Assembly (NCBI GenBank): GCA_965220225.1
Contig: OZ244813.1
Location: 1,276,594 to 1,340,593 of the forward strand
Reading direction: 5' to 3'
DNA from: Dehalococcoidia bacterium
GTDB lineage: Bacteria; Chloroflexota; Dehalococcoidia; Lucifugimonadales; Australimonadaceae
Length of the DNA: 64,000 nucleotides
Shown one piece after another: positions 28,801 to 39,017 of the stretch (the stretch's first letter is position 1; every line of letters starts with the position of its first letter). Under the pieces are notes generated by a model. The model did no database searches and was not told where the DNA came from. It saw only the letters and a program-made list of their open reading frames with translations. Position numbers and translations under genes: made by a program.

Positions 28801-31431
28801 CTACAGCGGGCCGAACCGCCGCACGACCAGCTTCCCGGTGACGGTCGTCACGGCGAAGCCCACCAGCAGTCCTGCCAGCAGGATACCCCACTGTTCCAGA
28901 CCCAGCGGCACCGTGTCGAACGCCGCGCTGCCGATGGGTGTGTAGAGGATCACTGCCTGCATGAGCAGGCTCACGCTCACCGCCGCCCAGAGCCAACGGT
29001 TCGTGCAGATGGGCATCCCCTCCTGGACACGGATGACCAGCAGCCGCAGGTACTCCTGCACGACGAAGCCGGTGAAGGTCATCGTCCGGGCCGTCTCCAG
29101 GTCCCACAGCCGCAGCCCGACGAAGAATGTGGTGATGAGGATGATCGTCATGACCACGCCGACACTGCCCACGAGTGCGGCCATCGAGCGTCCCAGCACC
29201 GCGCCGTGACGGGGAGGCTCGCGCATCGCTCCCTGCGGCGCCGGGTCGGACGCCAGCGCCACCGCAGGCCCGGAGTCCGTTACGAGGTTGATCCACAGGA
29301 TCTGCACGGCGGTCACTGGCAGGTAGCCGAACACGGTGGCCACCAGGATCACGAGCACCTCGGCGAGGTTGCCCGTGAGCATGTAGTTCACGAACTTCTT
29401 GATGTTCCGGAATATACGGCGGCCTTCTTCGACGGCGGCGACGATGGTCGCAAGATTGTCGTCGAGCAGCACCATGTCCGACGTGTCGCGGGCGACGTCC
29501 GTGCCCTTGATGCCCATCGCGACGCCCACGTCGGCGTTGTGCAGAGCGGGAGCGTCGTTCACGCCGTCGCCCGTCATCAGCACGACGTCGTGGTCCTCCT
29601 TGAGTGTCCGCAGGATGAGCACCTTGTGGCGCGGCTCGGCCCGCGCGAAGATGCTCGTCTCGCCGATGACGCGCTTGAGCTCCGCCTCGTCCAGCCCGTC
29701 GAGCTCCTTCGCCTCGATGGCCTCTCCGTCCAGCCCCACCTCGCGGCCGATCGCCGCCGCGGTCAGGCTGTTGTCGCCCGTGATCATCACCACACGGATG
29801 CCGGCCCGGTGCGCCGCCTCGATCGCGTGCGTGGCCTCCGGCCTCGGCGGGTCGCTCATAGCCCCCAGTGCCGCGAACGTCAACCCCTCCTCGGTGATCG
29901 GGGCGTCGGCGAGCTGCTCCTTGTACGCGAGCGCCAGCACCCGCAGCGCCTGCCCCGCCAGCCCGACGTTCTGCTCCAGCAGCGCGTTGCGCTCTTCGTC
30001 GCTCAGCGGCGACACGCCGACGGGCGTCCGGATGCTCGTGCAGAGCGGGAGGACCGCTTCCAGCGCGCCCTTCGTCAGCAGCAGACCGTCGGCTGCTATG
30101 GGGTGTTGGACAGCCACCGACATCATCCGTCGTTCGGACGTGAACGGGACCTCGCCTGTCCGCTCGTACTCGTCCAGCGGCGCTCCGGCATGCTCAGCGA
30201 ACTCCAGCAGCGCCGTCTCCGTCGGGTCGCCCACGTAGCCGTACTCGGGGTGCCGGTGCGCGTTGTTGCACAGGCCCGCGATCAGCAGCGATATCGCCAA
30301 TGGCTCTCCGTGCGTACCGGGGGTGACGTCGTGCGCGTCCACCTCCTCGGAGAGCGTCGCGACCCGGCGCATCGTCATGCGGCCTTCCGTGACGGTGCCC
30401 GTCTTGTCTGTGCAGATGACCTCCGCCGCCCCGACGATCTCCACGACCGGCAGCGAGCGCACGAGCGCCTTGCGCTCCAGCATCCGCCGCGTGCCGAACG
30501 CGAGCGCAAGCGTGAGGACGACCGGCAGTCCCTCCGGCACAGCCGCGACCGCAAGGGCGACAGCGGTAATGAACGTTTCGAGCAGGCTCAGGTCGCCGGT
30601 CACCAGTTGCAGCACCGCGACGATGCCGATGAGCACCGCGACGGCCCAGCCGATCCGCGCCGCAAGGCGGCTGATCTCGCGCTGGAAGACGGTCGGCTCG
30701 CTCTCCGTGGTCTGCACCTCCGCCGCGATGCCGCCGACCTCCGTCTGCATGCCGGTGCGGGTTATCAGCATCCGCCCTCGTCCGCGCATCACGACCGTGC
30801 CGCTGTACGCCATGCAGAACCGCTCGGCCAGCGACGCGTCGGCGGAGACCGGCTGCGTGCTCTTGCGGACGGGCAGGCTCTCGCCGGTGAGCGCCGCTTC
30901 GTCGACACTCAGGTCGATGCTGCTGATGACCCGTCCGTCCGCGGGGATGCGCGAACCTTCTTCCAGCAGCACAACGTCTCCCGGAACGAGCACCTTGGCG
31001 TCCACCTGCTCCGCGACGCCGTCGCGGAGCACCGTCGCGGAAGGAGCGGCCAGGCGGTTCAGCGCCTCGATGCCCCGGCTGGCGCGGTAGTTCTGCGTGA
31101 AGCCGAGGCATGCGTTCAGCACCACGATGAGCGCGATGAGCCCGGCGTCTATGTAGTGGTCGGACTCCTCCGCGATGAGCGCGACGCCCAACAGCACTGC
31201 CGCCGCGCCGATGAGCACCAGCACGAGCGGGCTGCGGAACTCATCCAGCAGCAGTTTGAACGCGGAGACGGGGGGAGCGCCGGTCAGCTGGTTCGGCCCG
31301 TACGTGGCAAGGCGCATGGCTGCCGCGGCGGAGGAAAGCCCGGAGACCGACGACGAAAGGTCTTCGAGTGCATCTTCAACAGGCGAACTGTGCCAGGATG
31401 CCTGGGTCGTGTCCTCGACGGGAGCCTGCAT
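28801..31431 (-). CDS. P2A-type cation (Ca2+)-transporting ATPase
   Basis: [41 protein letters not shown]. Confidence 0.93.
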   Translation of the reverse strand: MQAPVEDTTQASWHSSPVEDALEDLSSSVSGLSSAAAAMRLATYGPNQLTGAPPVSAFKLLLDEFRSPLVLVLIGAAAVLLGVALIAEESDHYIDAGLIALIVVLNACLGFTQNYRASRGIEALNRLAAPSATVLRDGVAEQVDAKVLVPGDVVLLEEGSRIPADGRVISSIDLSVDEAALTGESLPVRKSTQPVSADASLAERFCMAYSGTVVMRGRGRMLITRTGMQTEVGGIAAEVQTTESEPTVFQREISRLAARIGWAVAVLIGIVAVLQLVTGDLSLLETFITAVALAVAAVPEGLPVVLTLALAFGTRRMLERKALVRSLPVVEIVGAAEVICTDKTGTVTEGRMTMRRVATLSEEVDAHDVTPGTHGEPLAISLLIAGLCNNAHRHPEYGYVGDPTETALLEFAEHAGAPLDEYERTGEVPFTSERRMMSVAVQHPIAADGLLLTKGALEAVLPLCTSIRTPVGVSPLSDEERNALLEQNVGLAGQALRVLALAYKEQLADAPITEEGLTFAALGAMSDPPRPEATHAIEAAHRAGIRVVMITGDNSLTAAAIGREVGLDGEAIEAKELDGLDEAELKRVIGETSIFARAEPRHKVLILRTLKEDHDVVLMTGDGVNDAPALHNADVGVAMGIKGTDVARDTSDMVLLDDNLATIVAAVEEGRRIFRNIKKFVNYMLTGNLAEVLVILVATVFGYLPVTAVQILWINLVTDSGPAVALASDPAPQGAMREPPRHGAVLGRSMAALVGSVGVVMTIILITTFFVGLRLWDLETARTMTFTGFVVQEYLRLLVIRVQEGMPICTNRWLWAAVSVSLLMQAVILYTPIGSAAFDTVPLGLEQWGILLAGLLVGFAVTTVTGKLVVRRFGPL

Positions 31432-31591
31432 GCCGGGGAGTATACCCGTACGCTGTCGGGGCTAGTGTTGACGGTCCATTAACGCGTGCCCCGAAGCACC
31501 TCCGGAGCGCCGGACGGCGCGGCCGTGCTGTGCCGTCGGTTGACCTGCCGCCCGGCACTTGGCACACTCGCGGCTGCCTGGCAACACGGCC

Positions 31592-32527
31592 ATGGAGGGA
31601 TCCTTGCGCATTGGCGTGCCCGACCTCGTCTCCAACTCCTACTTTCCCGCCGTCGCCGCTGTCGACCTCGGCGCGTACGAGGCCGAGGGCCTCGATGCCG
31701 ACATCGAACTCGTGTTCCCGGTGACGCGTGCTATGGAGATGCTTCGCGACGGCGAACTCGACTACGTCGCGGGCTCAGCGCACGCCGTGCTAACGGCGTT
31801 CCCCCGGTGGGAGGGCGCGTCGCTGCTCGCCGCGCTCGCGCAGCACATGTACTGGTTCCTCGTGCTCAGGAGCGACCTCGGAGCGCAGCGCGGCGATATC
31901 GAGGCTGTGAAGGGCCTCCGCATCGGTGCTGCGCCCGGCCCGCGCGACGGGCTGGAGCAGATGCTCAGGGAAGCGGGCATCGACCCTGAGCGCGACGGCG
32001 TGAGCATCGGGCCGGTGCCGGGCGCGACGGGCTCCGGCGTCTCGTTCGGGGTGCAGGCGGCGAGGTCGCTGGCCGACGGCGCGATAGACGGCTTCTGGGC
32101 GAACGGCATGGGCACGGAGGTCGCTGTCCGCTCCGGCGCGGGGAACGTTGTGCTGGACGTGCGGCGCGGCGACGGCCCGCCCGCAGCCCGCGGCTACACC
32201 TTCCCCGCGTTCGTAACCACCGACGCCCGGATCGCCGGGCAGCCGGACGAGGTTGCAGCCGCGGTGCGCGCCGTCGTGGCCGCGCAGCGTATGCTGAAGG
32301 CCGACCCCTCGCGGGCGGCGGAGGTCGGCGCGAAACGGTTCCCCGCTGAGGAAGCATCGCTCATCGCGGAACTGATCGAACGCGACCTCCCGTACTACGA
32401 CCCGTCGATATCGGAGGAGATAGTGGAGCAGATGGACCGGTTCGCGCAGCAGATAGGACTGCTCGACGGCCGCGTGCCCTACGAGCAGGTTGTCGCGGCC
32501 CGGTTCGCCGGCCTGTGGACGTCTTAA
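31592..32527 (+). CDS. NMT1/SsuA-like periplasmic-binding-fold protein
   Basis: 'SNSYFPAVAA..LG..EAEGLD.DIEL', 'KGLRIG'; no signal peptide seen; start uncertain. Confidence 0.75.
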   Translation: MEGSLRIGVPDLVSNSYFPAVAAVDLGAYEAEGLDADIELVFPVTRAMEMLRDGELDYVAGSAHAVLTAFPRWEGASLLAALAQHMYWFLVLRSDLGAQRGDIEAVKGLRIGAAPGPRDGLEQMLREAGIDPERDGVSIGPVPGATGSGVSFGVQAARSLADGAIDGFWANGMGTEVAVRSGAGNVVLDVRRGDGPPAARGYTFPAFVTTDARIAGQPDEVAAAVRAVVAAQRMLKADPSRAAEVGAKRFPAEEASLIAELIERDLPYYDPSISEEIVEQMDRFAQQIGLLDGRVPYEQVVAARFAGLWTS

Positions 32528-32551
32528 GGAACGTAAGAGAGGAGTTCGAGC

Positions 32552-32896
32552 GTGCCGAAACCCGAATTGGAATTCTTCGACCCAACGGACATCCCCAGCG
32601 AGCCGATCCCACCAGTGGACGGCCTCAGCCAGCAGATACTCTCCCGTGACGAGGTGACTGGTGACTACACCCGTCTGCTGCGGTTCGAGCCAGGCACCGA
32701 CACTTCGGCCATGGGCCCCCAGGTGCACGACTTCTGGGAAGAGGTCTGGATCATCGAGGGCAGCATCCACGACATCCCGCTGAACAAGACGTTCACCGCA
32801 GGCATGTACGCCTGCCGCCCGCCCGGCATGTCCCACGGCCCCTGGATATCGCCGGACGGCTGCCGGACGTTCGAGGTGAGGCACTATGAACAGTGA
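32552..32896 (+). CDS. ChrR-like cupin protein
   Basis: 'TRLLRFEPG...HDFWEEVWIIEG...GMYACRPPGMSHGPW'; GTG start with AGGAG RBS. Confidence 0.85.
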   Translation: MPKPELEFFDPTDIPSEPIPPVDGLSQQILSRDEVTGDYTRLLRFEPGTDTSAMGPQVHDFWEEVWIIEGSIHDIPLNKTFTAGMYACRPPGMSHGPWISPDGCRTFEVRHYEQ

Positions 32897-33611
32897 TGGG
32901 GTCGCAGCACCGATGAGGAGGCCCGCCCGCACGCTCACGTTCGACCACGCGGGGACGCCCATGCGCTTCACCGCCCGCAGGCTGCTTGCCGGAGGCTACA
33001 CGGGACGCGACCCGGCAGCGGTGGAGGAGCACATCGCCGAGCTGGCGCTCCTCGGCGTCCCACGCCCGGCGCACGTGCCGTGGATATTCGTGGCGAACCC
33101 CCAGGTGCTCCAGGTAGACGGCACCGCCTGGGTGTACGACGGCACGTCGTCCGGCGAGGCCGAGTACGTGCTGCTCATCGGCAGGGACGACATCTTCGTC
33201 TGCATCGGCAGCGACCACACCGACCGTGGTCTCGAGAGCCTCTCCATCGAGAAGTCCAAGCAGGTCTACCCGAAGATACTCAGCAGGCAGATATGGCGCC
33301 TCGATGACCTGCTGCCGCGCTGGGACGATCTGCGCCTGCGCAGCCGCGTCCGCGAGGGCGGTGAACTCGAGGACTACCAGGACGGAACGCTCGGGCAACT
33401 CATCCGGCCCGAGCGGCTGCTTGACCTGATAGGCCCCGACCCCGGAGCAGGTACCGTCGTCTTCTCGGGCACCCTGCCGGTGCTCGGCGGCAACGTGCGT
33501 CCGGCCCCCCGCTTCGAGGCCGAGCTCTTCGACACGGACGGGAGTCGGCTGGCGAATCTCGGCTACGACATCGTGGTGCTGCAGCAGCAGGTGCAACTGG
33601 ACGAAAGGTGA
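32886..33611 (+). CDS. DUF2848-like protein
   Basis: 'GYTGRD....EHIAEL..LGV..P', 'SSGEAE', 'GSDHTDR.LE......SKQ...K', 'FSGT'. Confidence 0.75.
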   Translation: MNSDGVAAPMRRPARTLTFDHAGTPMRFTARRLLAGGYTGRDPAAVEEHIAELALLGVPRPAHVPWIFVANPQVLQVDGTAWVYDGTSSGEAEYVLLIGRDDIFVCIGSDHTDRGLESLSIEKSKQVYPKILSRQIWRLDDLLPRWDDLRLRSRVREGGELEDYQDGTLGQLIRPERLLDLIGPDPGAGTVVFSGTLPVLGGNVRPAPRFEAELFDTDGSRLANLGYDIVVLQQQVQLDER

Positions 33612-33647
33612 GGGAAGACCTCTCTCCCCTCCGGCGCGGCGCCAACC

Positions 33648-34760
33648 TCACATCTCAGCAAGCGTGTAGCTCGTACTCCGTCCCCCTTGCGGGCCCCGCA
33701 CGAGGATGCCGCGCTCCATCAGGTCGGTGATGTCGCGCAGCGCGGTGTCCTGCGAGCACCGCGTCATCTTTGCCCACTGGGACGTGGTGAGCTTGCTGCC
33801 GAAGTCGTCCAGCAGGTGGTTGATTGCCGTCCGTTGGCGCTCGTTGATGGGTATACCCGCTATCCGCTCCCAGGACCGGGCCTTCGTGAGCACTGCCGTC
33901 AGCGTCGTCTCTGCCCCGTCTATAGCCCGGCCCAGGCAGCCCACGAACCAGTGCGTCCACTCGGACACGTCCATCGTGCCCTGCTGCGTCCGCTCCAGCA
34001 TGTCGTAGTAAGCGCGGCGCTCTTTCCTGATCTGGGACGACATGCTATAGAAGCGCTGCGGGCTGCCCTCGGACCGGGTGAGCGTCATGTCCGCTATAGC
34101 CCTGGCGATGCGGCCGTTCCCGTCATCGAACGGGTGCACCGTCACGAACCAGAGATGGGCCAGCCCCGCCTTGAGCACCTCGTCCGTCTCGGCGGGCGCG
34201 TTGAACCAGTCCAGGAATGCCTGCATCTCCTCGGCGACCCGCTTTTCGGACGGCGCCTCGAAGTGCACCCGCTCCCGCCCGATACTCCCGGAGACCACCT
34301 GCATGGGGCCGGTGCGCCAGCAACCCACATCGATCCGGCCCATGTTGTTCCGTCCCGTGGAGAATAGGGAGGCGTGCCATTCGAACAACCGCTCCTCGGT
34401 CAGGGGTTGGTCGTAATGCTCGGTCGCGTCCAGCATCAGCTCGACGATGCCTTCGACGTTCCGGTCCACGTGCAGCAGCCCGCCGGTGTCCATGCCGAGA
34501 CGCCGTGCGACCGACGACCGCACCTGCTCGGTATCGAGCATCTCGCCCTCGATCTCGCTGCTCTTCACGACGTCCTCGGTCAGCGTGCCGAGCACAGCCT
34601 CCTGGCGGAGGCCGAACCCGAGCGCGCTCATGCGGCCCAACAGGCGTCCCTGCCGGTGCCGCATCGAGGCCAGCGGCTCGACCAGTCCCTCCGGTTGCCA
34701 CCGGAAGTGGGGCCAGTCCACCTCCTGGTGGATGTACCGTGTGTGCCTTCTCTGCATCAT
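33648..34760 (-). CDS. Fic family protein (DUF4172 N-terminus, C-terminal HTH)
   Basis: HPFDDGNGRIAR Fic motif, 'WPHFRW', 'SSEIEGE', C-terminal 'SQDTALRDI...GGRSTSY'. Confidence 0.93.
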   Translation of the reverse strand: MMQRRHTRYIHQEVDWPHFRWQPEGLVEPLASMRHRQGRLLGRMSALGFGLRQEAVLGTLTEDVVKSSEIEGEMLDTEQVRSSVARRLGMDTGGLLHVDRNVEGIVELMLDATEHYDQPLTEERLFEWHASLFSTGRNNMGRIDVGCWRTGPMQVVSGSIGRERVHFEAPSEKRVAEEMQAFLDWFNAPAETDEVLKAGLAHLWFVTVHPFDDGNGRIARAIADMTLTRSEGSPQRFYSMSSQIRKERRAYYDMLERTQQGTMDVSEWTHWFVGCLGRAIDGAETTLTAVLTKARSWERIAGIPINERQRTAINHLLDDFGSKLTTSQWAKMTRCSQDTALRDITDLMERGILVRGPQGGRSTSYTLAEM

Positions 34761-34832
34761 ATGCGGAGATTATAGCCCCTAATCTCCGCATGTTGCAACT
34801 ATTCACCGCATTATATGCGGAGATTATAGCCC
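34759..34832. promoter_or_regulatory. Array of ATGCGGAGATTA-type sites upstream of fic (putative autoregulatory operator)
   Basis: 20-bp direct repeat ATATGCGGAGATTATAGCCC at 34759 and 34813; inverted copies TAATCTCCGCAT (34780) and TATTCACCGCAT (34800). Confidence 0.7.
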
Positions 34833-34926
34833 TGATCAGGAGGGGACCGCGCCTCCCGCGCTTGACGAATCGCGCGCAGCGAGCGAGAGTCCACCCAGAC
34901 AAGCCTGACAGGCTCGGAGGAGAACC

Positions 34927-36096
34927 ATGGCGCAGCAGACAGAGGTCGCAACGATCGGGAAGGTGGACATAGACACGGACGCGCGGGCCAAGCAGCTCCC
35001 GTACGATCAGTGGGTCGAATCGCTCGATCTGCCCGTCCACAAGGGCTACTTCGTGGAGGACGTTCGCAACCTGGAAGTTGCCCCGTGGTCGGAGTTGGGC
35101 TGCAACGGCGCCTTCATCCAGCTCGAGGGCATGGAGGGCGTCGCCGACGCGCGCATCACCGAGATCCCGCCGGGTGGCTCGACCACGCCCCTGCGCTTCG
35201 CCCTCGACGAGGTCGTCTACGTCGCGGACGGGCAGGGCCTCGCCACGGTGTGGGCAGAGGGCGTCGACCGCAAGACGTTCGAGTTCGGCCCGCGCAGCCT
35301 CTTCGTCATCCCGCGCGGCGCGGTCCGCCAGTTCGCGAATGCCCGCGGCGACCGTCCCGCGCGGCTCATCTCCAACACGTACCTGCCGGTCGCCATGTCG
35401 CTCGTCCCGGACCCCACCTACTTCTTCAACAGCACCTACGAGGACCCCACCTTGCTGGAGCACTCGGAGGACGAGCTCTACTCGGTCGCCAAGCGCGCGC
35501 CGGGCGGACGCGGCGCCAGTTGGTTCGGCAACTTCTTCACCGACCTCGCTGCGTGGAGCGGCCTCGTCCCGCACCGCCAGCGCGGGGGCGGCGGCCACGT
35601 CGTCGACATCCAGTTCCCCCAATCGGAGATGGGCGGGCACATGTCCGTCTTCCCGCCGGGCACCTACAAGAAGGCACACCGCCATGGGCCGGGCGTCGTC
35701 ATCATCATCCCTGCGGGCGAGGGTTACTCCATCATGTGGCCGGAGGGCCAGGAGAAGGTCATCGTTCCATGGCACGAGGCCAGCATGTTCGTGCCGCCGA
35801 ACCGCTGGTTCCACCAGCACTTCAACGTGAGCGTGGAGCCCGCGCGCTACCTCGCGCTCTCGCCGATACGCCAGATGCGCGGCCTCAGCAACCGCATGAA
35901 CCCGCTGCTCGACCAGGTGGAGTATCCGAACGAGGAGTCCTGGATCCGCGAGATGTTCGAGGAAGAGCTCGGCAAGCGCGGCCTGGAGAGCCTCATGCCG
36001 GAGGGGGCGTACCAGGACCCTCACTATAAGTGGGAGTACGACGCCTCCGAAGAGCAGGGCGCTGTCCTCGACGCCACGGCGGGCCGCGGCCTCTAG
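34927..36096 (+). CDS. Bicupin protein (gentisate dioxygenase-like fold)
   Basis: Two cupin motifs, second 'YKKAHRHGPG...W...FVPPNRWFHQHFN'; GGAGG RBS. Confidence 0.8.
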   Translation: MAQQTEVATIGKVDIDTDARAKQLPYDQWVESLDLPVHKGYFVEDVRNLEVAPWSELGCNGAFIQLEGMEGVADARITEIPPGGSTTPLRFALDEVVYVADGQGLATVWAEGVDRKTFEFGPRSLFVIPRGAVRQFANARGDRPARLISNTYLPVAMSLVPDPTYFFNSTYEDPTLLEHSEDELYSVAKRAPGGRGASWFGNFFTDLAAWSGLVPHRQRGGGGHVVDIQFPQSEMGGHMSVFPPGTYKKAHRHGPGVVIIIPAGEGYSIMWPEGQEKVIVPWHEASMFVPPNRWFHQHFNVSVEPARYLALSPIRQMRGLSNRMNPLLDQVEYPNEESWIREMFEEELGKRGLESLMPEGAYQDPHYKWEYDASEEQGAVLDATAGRGL

Positions 36097-36115
36097 GTCT
36101 CGCCTCGACCGAACG

Positions 36116-36541
36116 ATGCTCCTGGCGCCGATCGCCGTCTACCTGCTGTTGGTCAGAGGCGACAGCATCCTGATGCTTCGGCGGTACAACACGGGGTTCC
36201 AGGACGGCTCCTACAGCATGATCGCCGGCCACGTCGAAGCGGGCGAGGACCTCAAGACCGCGATGGTCCGCGAGGCGAAAGAGGAGGCTGGCATCGACCT
36301 CTCGCCGGACGATCTGGAGGTCGTCGGAGTCGTCCATTCGATGACCGACAGGGTGTACGTCAACTTCTTCCTGCGGGCGTCCGCATGGTCGGGCGAGGTG
36401 ACCAACATGGAGCCGGACAAGTGCGACGACCTGCGCTGGTTCAGCATCCACGACCTGCCAGCCAACACGGTTCCAGCCGTCCGCTTCGCGGTCGGGAACT
36501 ACCGCAACGGCGTGTGGTTCGGCAGCATGGGCTGGTGCTGA
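36116..36541 (+). CDS. NUDIX hydrolase
   Basis: Nudix box GHVEAGEDLKTAMVREAKEEAG; EPDKC. Confidence 0.92.
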   Translation: MLLAPIAVYLLLVRGDSILMLRRYNTGFQDGSYSMIAGHVEAGEDLKTAMVREAKEEAGIDLSPDDLEVVGVVHSMTDRVYVNFFLRASAWSGEVTNMEPDKCDDLRWFSIHDLPANTVPAVRFAVGNYRNGVWFGSMGWC

Positions 36542-36575
36542 ACGTCGGTAATCGCAGAGGGAGAGAAGGAGAGAG

Positions 36576-36935
36576 ATGAAGGCCATAGACCTTGCCGAAA
36601 AGCTGTCGCAGTTCGATGAGTACTGGAGTCCACGGGTTGTCGGGGAAGTCAACGAGACCTACGTGAAGCTGGTTAAGGTCAACGGGGAGTTTGTCTGGCA
36701 CAGCCATGAGCGAGAGGACGAACTCTTCCTCGTCGTGAAGGGGAGCCTGACGATTCGATTCAGGGACGGGGATGTTCACTTGGAAGAGGGCCAGATGATC
36801 ATCGTTGAGAAAGGCGTTGAGCATCAGCCGGTGGCTGAGTCGGAGGCCCACGTCCTTGTCGTTGAGCCCAAGACCACACTGAACACGGGCGACGTGGTGA
36901 ACGAGCGCACTGTCGCTGACCTTGAACGTATCTGA
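36576..36935 (+). CDS. Cupin-2 protein
   Basis: 'YWSPRVV', 'GEFVWHSHEREDELF', 'VEKGVEHQP'. Confidence 0.9.
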   Translation: MKAIDLAEKLSQFDEYWSPRVVGEVNETYVKLVKVNGEFVWHSHEREDELFLVVKGSLTIRFRDGDVHLEEGQMIIVEKGVEHQPVAESEAHVLVVEPKTTLNTGDVVNERTVADLERI

Positions 36936-36960
36936 TCTATCGGGGTACTGGTCCTTCCGC

Positions 36961-38211
36961 CTAACCACGCGCGGGCTCGGGCTGGGGCAGCGCTACGCCG
37001 CGTAAAGCTGGCCCCCGCACGGCGATAGTCGCGACGACGGTGAGCAGCAGCGCACCCGATGCCGCAACGGCGATGGGCGCCCCCGTGCCCTGGGCCACGG
37101 CGTTCATCGTGGCGCCGCCCACCGGCAGCAGTCCCCAGTGGACGCCGTACAGCGCCATCACGCGTCCGCGCAGGTTGTCGTCCACCAGCGTCTGCAGGAT
37201 GACCTGCCCGGTCGTGATCTGCATCACGCCCACGGTGCCGGAGAAGAACAGCAGAACGAGCGCCGCCTCGAACCACGGCGTGAGCGCGAACGCCACGAGC
37301 ATGACTCCGAACGCCCCTGCGCCACCCAGAAGCACCCGCCCCGCGCCTCGTTTCCTGAAATAGCGCGAGTACACGAACAGCCCCACCATCGCTCCGACGC
37401 CTGCCGACGAGTACATGAGCCCCAGCTCACGCGGTCCGACGTCGTACACCTCGGCCTGGAACACCGGGAAGGTGAGCATGTAGCCCTGGCCGAACGTTGA
37501 GGCCGCGAGCGCAAGGAGGAGCAGCGGGCGGAAGACGGGGTGGTGCCATACGTAGGCGGCGCCTGCCTTCATGTCGCTCAGCATCGTCCCGTGGCTCCCG
37601 CCGGTCGTCTGTCGAGGGTGTACCACCCGCATCACCGCGGCCATGGCGGCCGCACCCGCGGCAGCGACGAAGAAACTGGGCCCGGCCCCGGCTGCGGCGA
37701 TGACGAACCCGGCGATGGACGGCGCGACGATGCGCGTCGACGACCACGCCACCGACGTCAGTGGCACCGCTATCGGGATGAGCGAGCGGTCGGGCAGCAG
37801 GCGTGGGAAGAGCGACGCCCGGGCCGGCTCGTCGAACGACTGCACCAGCCCGATCACCAGCGCTGCGAGCGCTAGGTTCCACACTGCCGCTTGATCGGTC
37901 AGCGTGAGCACGGCGAGCGCCACCAGCACCGCTACGGCGGTGGTCTGGGCGGCAACGACGAGCGTTCGTGGGTCGAACCGGTCGGCAAGCACACCGCCGG
38001 CGATGTTCACCAGGATGCGCGGCGCGGCGCTCACCAGGTTGATGAAGCCGAGCGCCAGCGGCGATTGCGTGAGGTCGTATGAAAGCCACCCGAGAGTGAC
38101 GATGGTCATCTGTTGGCCGGTGACCTGGGCCATCAGCCCTATCCAGAAGAACCGGAAGTCCCGGTAACGCAGTGCCGCGAAGAACTCGACGAGGCCGCCG
38201 AACAGCCTCAC
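36961..38211 (-). CDS. MFS transporter
   Basis: 'ALRYRDFRFFW', 'GGVLADRFDPR', 'LRGRVMAL'; GTG start after GGAGGAG, overlapping upstream stop. Confidence 0.9.
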   Translation of the reverse strand: MRLFGGLVEFFAALRYRDFRFFWIGLMAQVTGQQMTIVTLGWLSYDLTQSPLALGFINLVSAAPRILVNIAGGVLADRFDPRTLVVAAQTTAVAVLVALAVLTLTDQAAVWNLALAALVIGLVQSFDEPARASLFPRLLPDRSLIPIAVPLTSVAWSSTRIVAPSIAGFVIAAAGAGPSFFVAAAGAAAMAAVMRVVHPRQTTGGSHGTMLSDMKAGAAYVWHHPVFRPLLLLALAASTFGQGYMLTFPVFQAEVYDVGPRELGLMYSSAGVGAMVGLFVYSRYFRKRGAGRVLLGGAGAFGVMLVAFALTPWFEAALVLLFFSGTVGVMQITTGQVILQTLVDDNLRGRVMALYGVHWGLLPVGGATMNAVAQGTGAPIAVAASGALLLTVVATIAVRGPALRGVALPQPEPARG

Positions 38212-38954
38212 GGCTCCTCCGGACTCTCTCTCTGCTCCGCGATAGGCTCGGGGACACCCAGGTGATTCCGGAAGAAAGCGAACGTCCGCTCCAGCGATTC
38301 CGCCGCTGCATTCGCACGCCGCTCGGAGGAGTCCTGATTGGGGTTCAGGAACGAGTGTCCCAGGCCCTCGTACATGAACAGTTCGTACTGCTTCTCGTAC
38401 CGGTCGAGCGCCTCCCGGAACGCCTCGATCTCCGAGATGGGCGTCGTGTGGTCGTGCGTCCCGTAGTGGCACATCATCGGGACGCGTATGTTCTCGAGTT
38501 CCTCAGAGTCCGGGAAGAGGCTGTGGTAGTAGACGACGCCCGCGCCGAAGGTGTCCGTGCGCGCCAGCGACAGCAGGACGAGCCCCCCTCCTAGGCAGAA
38601 GCCTACGATGCCCACAGGTGCGTCGTCCGCCGTCCACGGCAACGAGCGCAGGAAGTCCGCTCCGGCGCTGAGGTTCTCCACCGTCCGCTGAACGTCCAGG
38701 GAGTTCTTGTAGCGCAGCTGCGTGGCGCGTCCCTCGGGCAGTGCGCCGTCGAACAGGTCAGGGGAGAGGGCGACGAACCCCGCGCGGGCGAATGTCCGCG
38801 TCATCTCGCGCTGGAACCAGTTGAGCCCGCCCATCCCGGAGATGACGACGAGCCCGGGATGCGGACCCCTGTCGGCCGGCCGGCCGACGTACCCGTCCAC
38901 GAACCCGTTGGGACCGTCGTATCCGGCGTGGAGCGAGACGATGCGATGCGCCAT
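38208..38954 (-). CDS. Dienelactone hydrolase family protein
   Basis: GFCLGG nucleophile motif, 'HYGTHD', 'GHSFLN'. Confidence 0.9.
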   Translation of the reverse strand: MAHRIVSLHAGYDGPNGFVDGYVGRPADRGPHPGLVVISGMGGLNWFQREMTRTFARAGFVALSPDLFDGALPEGRATQLRYKNSLDVQRTVENLSAGADFLRSLPWTADDAPVGIVGFCLGGGLVLLSLARTDTFGAGVVYYHSLFPDSEELENIRVPMMCHYGTHDHTTPISEIEAFREALDRYEKQYELFMYEGLGHSFLNPNQDSSERRANAAAESLERTFAFFRNHLGVPEPIAEQRESPEEP

Positions 38955-39017
38955 GCCACACCTCCTGCCGCGTGCATCATAGGGCGGGGCACGCATCCGG
39001 ACAACCGGCCCGCTCCG

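Noticed and set aside
28657..31482. Long antisense/shadow ORFs (941 aa here; also 34123-36024, 45129-46943, 59907-61790)
   Set aside because: They overlap genes with clear family motifs, have Arg/Ala/Gly-rich nonsense composition and are expected in high-GC DNA
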